Source: an uncultured Clostridia bacterium (GTDB taxonomy: Bacteria > Bacillota > Clostridia > Christensenellales > UBA1242). From it: 64,000 nt of DNA. This document shows, piece by piece, positions 15,001-21,100 of this stretch. A program made the position numbers and the translations under genes. The notes under the pieces are model-generated. The model worked only from the letters and a program-made list of their open reading frames with translations, ran no database searches and had not been told where the DNA came from. Each line of letters opens with the position of its first letter. Positions within the stretch are counted from its first letter, which is position 1. The stretch covers positions 4,027 through 68,026 of the forward strand of contig CAKVLS010000001.1 of NCBI GenBank assembly GCA_934757865.1. Direction: 5' to 3'.

Positions 15001-17416
15001 AATAGGATATATTCCATCTGAGTCAACTGGGACTACGAACATAACAAATAGCGAAAATACTGCAGATATAGAAGGCTTTAGCTATACTGGAGGTATTGTA
15101 GGCTATGGAAGTTATGTGTATATTACCGATTGTACTAATAGTGGAGATATCTCTTCATGGTCTAATAGAAGTAGTAGTTATGCTGGAGGCATTCTTGGAT
15201 CTGCAGTAAGTAATGTGTCTATTCTTCAAACAAAGACTCTAACAACTGTTAAAGGTATTATAAGTGCATATTATGGGGCTGGAGGATTGGTTGGAGGAAA
15301 CTTTGGCTCATCTCTAACTAAATTAACTATTGAAGGCTCGACCGACAAAAAGATTCAATTCTCAGGAACTGTAAGTACATGGCGTTATGCAGGTGGTGTT
15401 GTAGGACATACTAATTTCGCAAGGACTTCGATTTCAAATGTTGATGTAAAAGCTGGCTCAACCATTTTAGCTGGCGAAATGTCTACTATTCGGAATGGTA
15501 GAGCTGGAGGAATCATTGGTTATGTATACAAAGGCTCTGGTAGTCAATCTGATCCAACCATAAAAATTTCTAATTGTTCTGTTACAGACACAACAATTAA
15601 GGGTGATGAAATTGTAGGCGGAGCTATAGGACTTTGCGACACAGTAGTCAATGTAGTTTTGGATAAAGTTGTTGTTAATGGTACTTCAAAGAATAAAATG
15701 AAAATATTACAGTTTTCTACAAAAGTTACAGGTATAATTAGTGGCGGTTTAATTGGTTATGTAGGTAGTTCTTCTGTAGAAGTAAGAAATAATTGCAAAG
15801 TTTCTAATTGTGAAATTGGAAATTCTAGTTATATATCATTTGCTGGTGGAATATTCGGCCGTTCATACTATTGCGATGGTTTGTATTTAAATTCTATTGA
15901 TGTTAGCAACAATACAATCTCTAGTAGTTTATATTCTGGAGGAATATTTGGTGATTTAGGATTGTCTCAAGCATTTGATTCTAGTTCTGGTATTAAAATA
16001 TCTTCTAACACTATAAATGTTACTTCTAGTACTGGCGGTGGTTCTGGAGGCTTCGCTGGACATTTAAGAATATATAACGAAAGCACCTCCTTACCAGAGA
16101 GCGAGTTAAAGGGGAATTCAATCCATGCGTGTGATTCTGCTGATAATGTTTCTGGAGCAGCTGGGGCAATTATTGGAGATTTGAGATCTGATAATTTGGC
16201 TCTATATTGTGCAAGAATAACTCTTAAGAGTTCTATTGATAATGAAATAAAAGGTTCTTACATGGGGGCTATAGGTTATGTGCTAAGTTGCGACGTTTCA
16301 AATATAAGCGATGAAAAAGGTGGCTTAAAATTCTGGTATGGTGATTTTGGAGACAGAGTTGTTATAATCGGCGGAGCTGTAGGTGCTATGTATTATTCTA
16401 AATTGTCTAGTTGTTCTATTAAGAGTTCATTAGGGGATTATTTTATTTATGGATATCGAAAAACTAATGATGAAAGAATTGGTGGCATTGTAGGATCTAT
16501 AACTAATTGTGTGATAGAAAGATGTAAATATTATGGATATGTAGAGGGCAGTAGCATTTATGGCGATGTCGGTGGCATTGTAGGAGCTGCTTTCAGTGAT
16601 AGTAATAATAAAATTAAAGATTGTTATGTTTATGGCTATGTTTGGTCTCATAAATATGCTGGAGGAATAGTTGGAGCTATATACTCAGGAACTATAGAGA
16701 TTTATAATAGCGACTTAAAAGAAGGGAATGTAAGTGTTACCCATAAACAAAATGATGGAAATGCTAATGTAGCAGCTGGAGGTATTGTTGGATTTATTAA
16801 TGGTACTGTAAATGCGACAATTAATTTGTGTTTTGCATGGAGATTAACATCTGTCGATGCTTCTTACGACAACTCTAATATATCTCGAGAGAGCTTCTCA
16901 AAGACATCAAATTCTTATTCTGATCTATTTACCAGTAAAGAAAGTGAGACATCATATGACAATGTCAAAGGCTATGCATTTGTTGGAGGTATTGTTGGTA
17001 AATGGGATGATGGAAGTGGTACTAAAAAAATGATTAGTTGCAGATCATATGCATCTGTATATACTACTTATTATCATCTTGATAGTGATAGAGGAAAGAC
17101 AACTAGTTATGGAAGACTTAAAATTATTGATGATAACTTTGCATGGGGTCTTGCTGTATGGTCAAAAACCTATATTACTGTTTATGCAGGTGCTATATTC
17201 GGGTATAGAGGTGCAGGTATTACGTGTTCGGCTGTAGATTATTACACAGGCTTAGCTCTAAGATATAGTTTGGCTGGAGGTTGTGGAGGTACATTCTATG
17301 GCGAAGGAAATAGTGCTTTTGGTAACTACGATAACTCAAGAGGTGCAGCAATCCAAAATGCATTTAGCCGTAGAACATCAGGAGATACTTCTGGTATTTC
17401 TACATTTACGGAATAA
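2..17416 (+). CDS. giant surface/secreted repeat protein, 5'-partial (N-terminus upstream of window); Ig-like (Big_2-like) stretches plus six GLUG-like beta-helix modules
   Basis: The frame of tracked ORF 173..17416 stays open back to nt 2 (57 further sense codons). There is no SD before ATG 173. TAA is at 17414-17416, giving 5,804 sense codons visible. The translation carries dozens of GG[LIV][VIA]G coils and recurring cap motifs (e.g. ESPYLINSADDLQAI...DIDL from ~587). An intrinsic terminator follows. Confidence 0.9.
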   Translation, partial: SYVEVHAQISPVTATVYGDESAVTYNLVNNNGILTEASGTKGRYQAKLPEGVNEATVMIVVTVKEYGSSVSLVCNVTIKRATQIKEITIDNLPKRNGVYVLDMKEDATFNLEITLSPEKVFIQDLFFMIYDEEMTPIHTGTIVTVNGKAIISKAVLQDADPNSVFVRVFAKDSMTGEDSGSVYETILVTIERGTLESPYLINSADDLQAIKNAPTKHYMLARDIDLNSRSWEPIANFSGSLNGLYYRKAGGTEIKNQYKITNLSLESSDGEYVGLFANIELTGLVMNLDVSVSSVTISNNRNLKAVGTIAAYNNGIIVNSTVSIGNNFVVSTSGNTALGDDIFVDIGGMVGTNNGWVYNFVPYITDVFGNYGRAYTAFDLKDTSIPDKYIEFVAGKDSFLYFAELYAEGDNPAHTAEQVAIMIAESISETPVHGRIQVMDSMTCPINVGGLVGRNLHVVNGIFGLYNVQEEISGLESGDGGDNQFLIDSAISATINDAGRDFSGTIYTGGRDLNKSSSTIGGIVGLNTKNADNEEARVYNVATSGRVEGYYNVGGIVGKSTGGIINTISSCARISGINYVGGAVGYADNTTIHLAKVENYQETTAGGDILIKGMIYVGGIVGYIDNNSTLEFAYSVSFVEESTFTAGGISNQTADIYGIGNYIEMYFGGVAGYVGVNTELAYVYSTMSIYMAQTTNGAYAGGIAGSLAYRGKIHDAYYLGKFIRVSDTSTGVVVGKIDSMGLATVEGVEGIIKNFFSNNSRKKVGEDTAGVFNNGETTVINNVIQAQQLAPFKTAVAGSANWNTTDTLNTRNGVAFPIIKYTSELIKKEVFLLKQTPTAVTAAVTETPSSDYKKLQSTVLLLTYSVNESKNVYSLNSLLKFTWSPASIKSSQLRVTSSNTSVVSVQEGGKIVVQDVSSMGGVGYATLTFTSVLNLNAYCTVNIVVVPKVTDVKLFNDSNLTQDILESSSLSMKKGTTQKLFPTFYDTDENGKLVKVNANYGVQYSYKTPNEYYDIDAASNIISAKKETLTEADADYASQKEFYDISFTSKLTFTYSFGNDIKTFNYNPFESQAQSGKRTFSVSIYTGATDLIVSPNSEIEVSGYIPQSLLINLVSDAKIDGVKVVITDDNGNTIYKRHEAGATMLYINNVSYNMDIAEERENAQKILDEIGFVLDIDVLETEFLMTPGNLEKLLNIQIAEGKEYMINPVGYTFEFSAVTNTEVSCSVRVLAVPQALLHLDTDYRVLEGSEVSGEGKTSYIFDPTPKNKLVPGKLGLISIDTNPVFAGVKYFKVETSAEAMKYVSLAQLYKDTSAGASGLSYIFGTNAEKIENGIILNRKSNYLKTIYTYKNGVESDVPIEDSNNYNNEIIKVEQQYDYDGNLYVEILTASNIYEIESFPIYVTAVFADGSEQKYTRVFETTYIPALSLEATRRYIALGSRVNEDGAETKDSIKVTPIVDGDYDISMDITVLNAAGTGEGVAVLTNDGTLVLSNNAQMGDVIRVTASYSITVEGRSELVSTSIDILVVEAVIDEVSIDKIVDNKLLFTISSSQQLQATLKGCADQEQGVLSRLATTLSRQMTDSNAVAYWKYVYNNGEVTNLDNKALSLPFGIDVKKVASGTGDNLASVSLVGSTVSGSANLMLKAYMYYTDGGELKFAEMVDETAYFPSLIEVPFVAQVMVDSTDDLPTPIYTVSELMNMVEGGNYILMNDLDITTPHTPITTAIGSLDGNNKIITISNFAYDTSTDAISSGTINLGLFSTISAGTVIKNVIIALPNNKTNPMMLNSYTNINYGGLAGINYGIVTNCEVISVYDKDTYNNAKDNATDTSTDEYLYPYISYTNNIYTAVQVNGTAVTANIGGLIGTNSETGVITNSRVGRNYVEYVSIQADDYNGTNPDLKVYEYTAPITIMKLEGTGNVGGFVAVNAGIISSSYFNNGQLEISSYGSNYTRTGGFVAINSGAVYSSYAAGWEEESYIKLIDATSDLYETLLATNPDGNIHYQVKSSQTNPNRKLGGGIFSNGNIGGFVFNNSGYIQNSYSSIRLDGDFTFAANRQNISSNANLNEYGNLNAGGFVFINDEDSQIKTSYTISKIKSNISTHGPFVGVSPSSGDVQNSGEVNKCYYLVESGESIYSKVDPAYDISQTSDSELGEDVASIGNEFVIKDTFAGFSFDNSNYVDGMTSGAVWAMKMVTSSFATGSNGQDSYGYPEIVSANQIAISVRVLKPSASGEGQADYSYIYALGYEKGSSINPQIITSATDYNKVFESILGVTTKVENVNVKYTGNMRLVNNLDFTSLTPMSTSFEYTSPVNSLSVFDGNNLSISNVLISDDSEENTAFGLFKVFNDVGVKNITLSIRGVDSTNGIAVGALAGLAVESDINNINVVAAIEGAEVSGQNYVGGLAGIVVSGDDYTMHYINNINCNVSVLAGYNGGENTQIIKPGEIWSLICPPAKINKYSTDYNLRLQYLKSNVSYAGGVAGVIDLVQAFKSSGEDASTDSLDNINARAINVSKLDIFYNPSDVEVYEDNVISIEAAYAGGLFGFVGNETFIREASFVAYEMSEKHYIMADIAAGGITAINYGFIDQTSVSFDKETQATLDNQLENLVKGATSITWGNQNLYTGAPIYLGGIAGINIGGAVKNTGTIQNSYNRVDLINDKATRIGGIAGASHIGAFVNDYTTANVKGDFNQENSYFGAVIGQLLNNENNRYYSISLSKDQENKYNLEITNITTAILWNPEYYDEYKKYTNDYGMKYYETYKSGEPYRETDPRYNPAQPTKEAEDGLYVRKVSSDTDNRVVSKIGRIGAIYGAPTKADETNLRASELEGESGINNKNNYFNPYLWYDHYVNKFSGSSTVLVDKIYKSFTASSEEYVDLYTGTQHHDVDKIAAGVTNGDKYEVYKNYKGKEDYALKEPGNLYYFLNYDESQYVNNILSKDELYDLYTLEVGAGSNAKDKAFSKSYWSSRIWKFDDSERLITLNFGYIPSIARIYTAEDYIREINDSPASKKYYYIMNDIDFSTLTGNKDKDSVIVRANFRGTVTGIKQYNEDRTKSRYPILYNIELTDKLSGDSGGTELNEMALFVNTTNASFFNLNIVLKSYKENVPGTGTSAFIKKSAVLIASSNNTSINNIHIGYKLADFAEGFITEGPGGVRVVKRDKDVDDGGNLDSFNSYISANFVKGGQSNVVINTFATYFGGLVADSISTKIRDCSFNIPIQAGYYNRLLPADSEVYLGGLVGKLLGSVTTSFVTKKISASAATDSNSTFNNAKYVYIGGVIGYGAGDISNIGYGRPSGTNNDNAFIKSWKRLADKNTVLDSGLLNVYTNGTYSIEARSKTYIGGVIGLSTILIDTTSTLVSSVSSAYAYNVTIMVNIGKSVNVGGVIGRNEISVTNLQYRSKKLNTDYKEVFATNYANDSHIMLIDANQNTDSSIGGVIGDNGSDSKIENAMNNVTMYVKNVNGTTANIGGILGTTKGLSLYKSVNDAYGIRVLQKGKTISGLTTEASTNIGGLVGQSTNSDLSLNYVLSSAYIEIEDGSSGRTNVGGLIGYGNNSGVIIYTVVSLGNIYIAKDIISGGLNAGGIAGQVRNFSRNSTGFGNGAVVACNINYRNIGSRSTFNIGQILGSIGGSTVPGQANFKDIYFSENLFGLYINSYTGGTAYNVNMEDLAEKIDFIAKYVRGDSSDNIFRDYFKQFADTKTNIYESSLEKIIYFDGTDYKGFEGGKINPKVLGDNPNAELGSTTYTYYKLTKDVTTSTTIDRLNKGNFIDCRGYTINNGKTLSVFATIDREAFVVGLLVDGANATSKPGTNTGIIADINSGTLLGCGTSGNLNTIGGVSGGIVGCNYGNIINCFSIANITITTDGSKVGGLVGFNFGNIITSYYTGVIDHTIDYSTATDLQIGGLVLTNTGNITNSYTMSNILDAGLVKAVDSNVIGAIYSTASNTNLINVYYDINAYTGPTVSYKDKGKTTAQLSTLGTLTGIPIAGNWFIADNNDIKKLYMRENTGELESRIYVNSSWFNYSYSIANVNGNIPTVAGIKRFLNMLYTGNGRKDDGQKTNGFINQPFRITNAGMIEAYFRTSNGQAETSYYILQNDISFKAYDNWSEEWEKAEGNKQIIFTGDFDGNGKTMYGIKYSKYGIFRALGKNANIYNFTITDANSETGLIAGGMISGAKINNVTINSVAPNNNNDGICSVMPTRATSLGPNVYNNLFVGGTLLGYMSGGEITNITLLGSIEVGDSRADDSYSGGLVGYATGGTIDIAGNNQTAECNPFANMTSVSVSGKVVGGLIGYSEIVVKNYTIDGTVSLYSTRTVGGIIGKQTASATAITLVGLKNSEAKIYTVSGSSILGGIVGEVSTSSYSAKVTLQSCVVEGITMSSTTSTIGGLVGLADFVAFNAGSVKNTNLDGYIVGGYIGTSTGYLEFVAQDKGDYNEGCAFKGSTVGGIAGLAANGTISGTAAKPINNKAKITVKSGTVQRGGNIIGTINTLDNTTLADTSKNIGIKISNISADLSNFESSASGYVGGIVGYAKAVNGAAVSIFDSTISGTGILRSQKYGGVIGYATNLVLISNIKGDISLVGQVLNSNFYFVGGIVGLFENATTTTTNPYNISNISGLKVTITEITDDSTSSARGMVGGIVGCTSNAKINNVSLTVDIRCEYLAASDSYLGGVVGYLESKDNVIAEISSATVTVINLKCEQNDNYFYAVGGIVGYSTSSSSEVKTLIKKSSVILNDGAVLGNGNKVGGIVGIANQTKIADTTTVTSAATTQAPSIISFMADASSGGIIGSGTNITLDKTEYKVTANTSCLPVTISSTIKAGGMAGEIALADIMDKNVKFTSTATVNAVSAGGVFGQIAGGDIDGAVLTVNGEVKGASAMGYIAALLYTQNDISIKNISIKKNTDNSIKNFKMTSTGFSASVGSFIGQINVLANRSALLESLTNNNERIYDGEDGNLIARLGGIVGSTTVAKSGKLTLNSCKNYAQLTLKASEQNDTSTKYAGGLIGYIPSESTGTTNITNSENTADIEGFSYTGGIVGYGSYVYITDCTNSGDISSWSNRSSSYAGGILGSAVSNVSILQTKTLTTVKGIISAYYGAGGLVGGNFGSSLTKLTIEGSTDKKIQFSGTVSTWRYAGGVVGHTNFARTSISNVDVKAGSTILAGEMSTIRNGRAGGIIGYVYKGSGSQSDPTIKISNCSVTDTTIKGDEIVGGAIGLCDTVVNVVLDKVVVNGTSKNKMKILQFSTKVTGIISGGLIGYVGSSSVEVRNNCKVSNCEIGNSSYISFAGGIFGRSYYCDGLYLNSIDVSNNTISSSLYSGGIFGDLGLSQAFDSSSGIKISSNTINVTSSTGGGSGGFAGHLRIYNESTSLPESELKGNSIHACDSADNVSGAAGAIIGDLRSDNLALYCARITLKSSIDNEIKGSYMGAIGYVLSCDVSNISDEKGGLKFWYGDFGDRVVIIGGAVGAMYYSKLSSCSIKSSLGDYFIYGYRKTNDERIGGIVGSITNCVIERCKYYGYVEGSSIYGDVGGIVGAAFSDSNNKIKDCYVYGYVWSHKYAGGIVGAIYSGTIEIYNSDLKEGNVSVTHKQNDGNANVAAGGIVGFINGTVNATINLCFAWRLTSVDASYDNSNISRESFSKTSNSYSDLFTSKESETSYDNVKGYAFVGGIVGKWDDGSGTKKMISCRSYASVYTTYYHLDSDRGKTTSYGRLKIIDDNFAWGLAVWSKTYITVYAGAIFGYRGAGITCSAVDYYTGLALRYSLAGGCGGTFYGEGNSAFGNYDNSRGAAIQNAFSRRTSGDTSGISTFTE

Positions 17417-17426
17417 TAATATTTCC

Positions 17427-17459
17427 AAAAAAAGAGAGATTTTTATCTCTCTTTTTTTG
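17427..17459 (+). terminator. rho-independent terminator of giant gene 1
   Basis: Perfect 10-bp stem aaagagagat (17431-17440) / atctctcttt (17445-17454), tttt loop, then a T-tract, 11 nt after the stop codon. Confidence 0.85.
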
Positions 17460-17640
17460 TTGCCTTTATTATTACCTTTTATTATTTAACTTTTTTTGTC
17501 ATTTATATTTAATATTTTTTCTTTGTGATTTTTATTGACTTATTTGCTATTTTTAAGTGGGCATTTTAGGTGAGTGAGAATAAAGTTTTTAAGAGGTTTT
17601 TGCCTATAATTTAACTATAATTTCTATGACTTTTCACCTA

Positions 17641-17826
17641 TTTTTTGAGTGCGTTTTTGGGGTGAAAATTGTTAATTTTTTAGTAAAAATAGGCGGATTA
17701 TTAGAGCATTTTTTGATGTTTTTTATTTGATTTTGGGAGGAGTTTTGCAGGTGTTTTTGGCTTAGTTTTTGTTGATTTTGAGATGGATTTTTGTTGTCTT
17801 TTTGAGAACAAAATTGATAATTTTTG
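17641..17826 (+). repeat. helically phased T-tracts (T4-6 then G, ~11 bp period) in the spacer between the giant genes
   Basis: T-runs start at 17709, 17719, 17731, 17743, 17754, 17766, 17776, 17788, 17799 and 17821, with spacings of 10-12 nt (one of 22). Earlier runs at 17641, 17654 and 17676 are roughly in register. No ORF or SD lies here. Confidence 0.6.
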
Positions 17827-18027
17827 AGAGGGGAAAATGATTATTTTTAACGCAAAATATTATGTAATTCTGGTGCTAAAATAGCTAATTTTTGACCAAT
17901 ATTTTTTGATTTTTATAGCGTTAATTTTGGGTTTTTGTTTATATTTTTTTACTTTATTTTGAGGGTAGATATGCGGACTTAATTTTTTATTATATATAAT
18001 ATATATTATAATATTTAGTATATTTAT

Positions 18028-18057
18028 TTGACTTATAAGGCGTGTTTTTTATATAAT
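18028..18057 (+). promoter_or_regulatory. sigma-70-type promoter of giant gene 2
   Basis: TTGACT (18028-18033), 18 nt, TATAAT (18052-18057), preceded by a TA-rich UP-like tract. AAGGA SD at 18095-18099 lies 9 nt before ATG 18109. Confidence 0.65.
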
Positions 18058-18108
18058 TATAGTTGTAAAATTGTATAGTGCTATTTTGGCAAAAAAGGAC
18101 TTAGTATT

Positions 18109-21100
18109 ATGAAAAAATTTTTCTCAATTTTATTTATATTCTGCCTAGGGTTTTTAGGGCTGCTTGCGGGCTGTAATGAGGACCGATATGGCAACCTTAC
18201 TATTACCATCGCAACAGAGCAAGAAAGAGCCGAAGATGGTAGTATAACTTTGTATGTAGGTGACGAGCCTGAGGACATCACGGTTACAATGGGTGGTATA
18301 CCTAGTAACTTCAATGTTGTGCCATCATTTAGTTTGTCAGAGAATATTGTTAAGATTGGTGAAGTTAACCATATGCTTGACAATGGTGTTAGAAAGACTA
18401 TTGAGGGTATAGCTCCTGGTTACACAGTACTTACTGCATACACTAGTGAAGGTCTAAAGTCCGCTTCACTAAAAATCAATGTAATCAAAAAAGCCGAGAG
18501 CATCAGTGCAAACAGCGATTACAAACTTGCAGTAATAAGAAGACCTGGCTTTTCAACAAAGATTGATACAAACGAAGCTATAAGTATTTTGCCAAAAGAT
18601 AGCAACCAAAACACAATCAAATATACACTTGCAACTGAAGGTTTGACTGACATAATCAGTTTGAGAGATAACACTATAACAGTTCTTGAAGGTGCTAACC
18701 TTTCTGCTGAGAAAGAGTTCCAAATCAAAGCCGAAGTAGTTAACCATAAGGGTGAAGTTAATGAAGATGTAGAACCAACATATTTGAATGTAAGAATACT
18801 TGATGATATCACGGAAGATAATATCAAACTATATCAATCACAAACACAAAACCCACCAGTAAACGCTTTGAATCCTATCGAAAATACTTTGATACTTTCA
18901 AAGAACTATGTAGAGAATAACATAACATATGTTTTCATTGCAGTTAAGACAACAGAGACAATAGGTGTAAGTGCTCCTGAGAACACTAACGCATCTCCAG
19001 TACTTGTAAGTTTTGTTCAAAAGTTCACAAGTGCAGGATATCAATTCTTTGAGTATAGATTGCAAGCTATAAGATATAGCCAAGAGACAACCCTTAAATT
19101 TGGAGTATATGTAGAAGGATATAGCGATGCGTATACATTTGAGACTGATATAAAAGTTGAATGCCAACTATACATTAAGAACTTTGCAGTTAATGATGTA
19201 ACGCTAGCAGACGGCGTAAAACACAGCATTACACTATATACCAATGAGCAAACTTCTGGCGCTAAACTAAAAATTGCAGTTTCTAACCCAAGAGAGATTT
19301 TGGCAAGCGATGCAAGATTTAGCGTAGCTCTATACAATGTAGAGACTGGCGAAATGGTAAATTATGACAACATATCTAACTATTTCTCAATCACTAACAT
19401 TGTTAACAACTCTCGTCTAAATGACGGCTGGTATATGAAAGAAGTAACTTTCAATGTAAGATTGCAAGCTGGTAACTTAGATGTAGATGATAGCGGAAAA
19501 TATGAACTCGTAATCACTTCAGAAAGACCTCTAATGTACGCAACCAAAGCTACAACATCAGTACTAATTAATATCGTAGAAGGTATTAAGAGTATAGATA
19601 ATATTAGCTATGACGGCGAAGTTCATGACAATGAGCCAATTAGATTAAGATACGAAAAAGACGCTGAGCCTCTAGAAGTTACACTTAACGCAACTCCAGA
19701 GAATGCAACAGCATTTGAGACTTTGTATGCGACATCTTCTAATAGCAGTATTGTAAGAGTAGAAAAAGTTGGTACATACTCAAATAAATTTAGAATTTAT
19801 CCAGTTAAAGTCGGCGAGGCTGATGTAGTATTCGGTAGCAAGAACTTAACATCAACTCTAATATATAGAGTATCAGTTTATGATGATATTGATGATTTTT
19901 ATGTATCTATTGATGAATTTTCTCAATCAAAATACATCGGCAAGAGCACAGTGAGTGGTTATAACCTAACAAGTGCCGTTATCAAAGTAAACGACGCTAG
20001 TTCAAGCTCAGCAGAGATTAGACTAAACATTAACGCAATCCCAGCGACAGCTCAGTACTATACTATAAAATATGAAGTTAAAAAAGTTGGACAAACTGAA
20101 AACTTAGCTAGTGACGGAACATACATTTATGATGATTACTTTAGGCTAAACACTAGAAAAAACACTTTCCAATTTATAAAACATAACGCAAATGATAAGT
20201 ATCTAGTAACAGTAACACTAGAAAATTATGACGGAAGCTTTACTACTAAACAATTTGAAGTTTCTTCTTATATACCTATCACTTACATCAATATGACTCT
20301 TACTCAAGATGTTTTGTACAATCCTAACAACCTAAGTTACTTCGACCTAAACAATGCAGCTAAGAGTTATACAAAAACTCAAGCAACTATCTCAGTTAAC
20401 AGAGATGCAACATACGGCTACAAAGAAAATATTTTCTACGAAGTAGTAGTTGATGGTGCAGTTAACGAGAACATTCTTCTTAGAACTGACAACTTATTTG
20501 AACTAAACAAAGATTTCAAAATTGACTCATATCCTAAGAAAGTTTATATCACAGCATATGCTCTTGAGTTTGGCGAAAAGAGAGTAGAAGTTACTAAACA
20601 AATAACTATTCACAACCCAGTCACTGTAGAAGATATGGCAGTTGAAGGAGATATCAATGGTGATATACTTTACTTCAAGCTTGGCGTAGATAATACAAAA
20701 GACATAAAAGTAACTGTTAACCCAAGTGTAAACTTATTTAATGGCAACATCAAATGGGTACAATACGCAGAGGGAACAACTACAGTTCTTGACTTTGCTG
20801 ACAACGGCAGCGGACTAATGACTGCTGTTGATACAGAGAATGCAATCTTTAGCGTAGAAGCGCATGGCAATAACAGATTTACAATATCTGCTAAAAAAGC
20901 CGGCAACGCAAGACTAATACTTATCCCTGAGGACAAAATCAAAGAAGTAAATGGTTCTAAATATATTTACAACTGGGATAAAGCTATTGAACTATTTGTT
21001 CAAGTGGCAGATGGTTCAAAAGAGAATCCATATCATGTAGCTAATTTACAAGATTTTAGAGCAATCCAAAATGCTATGGACAAGTACTATGTACTAACAT

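Noticed and set aside
12700-17416. Regular short-period repetition that could superficially suggest a CRISPR array or tandem DNA repeat.
   Set aside because: The periodicity is at protein level (GG-x-x-G coils of variable 20-40-aa spacing) inside an open reading frame. I saw no identical direct DNA repeats with unique spacers, and no cas genes are in the window.
17985-18025. TA-rich element (ataatatatattata...tagtat) resembling 34655-34700 downstream of giant gene 2, as a possible duplication scar of the giant-gene unit.
   Set aside because: Both are simple (TA)n-like low-complexity sequence. The resemblance is short and gapped, and could easily arise by chance in AT-rich spacers.
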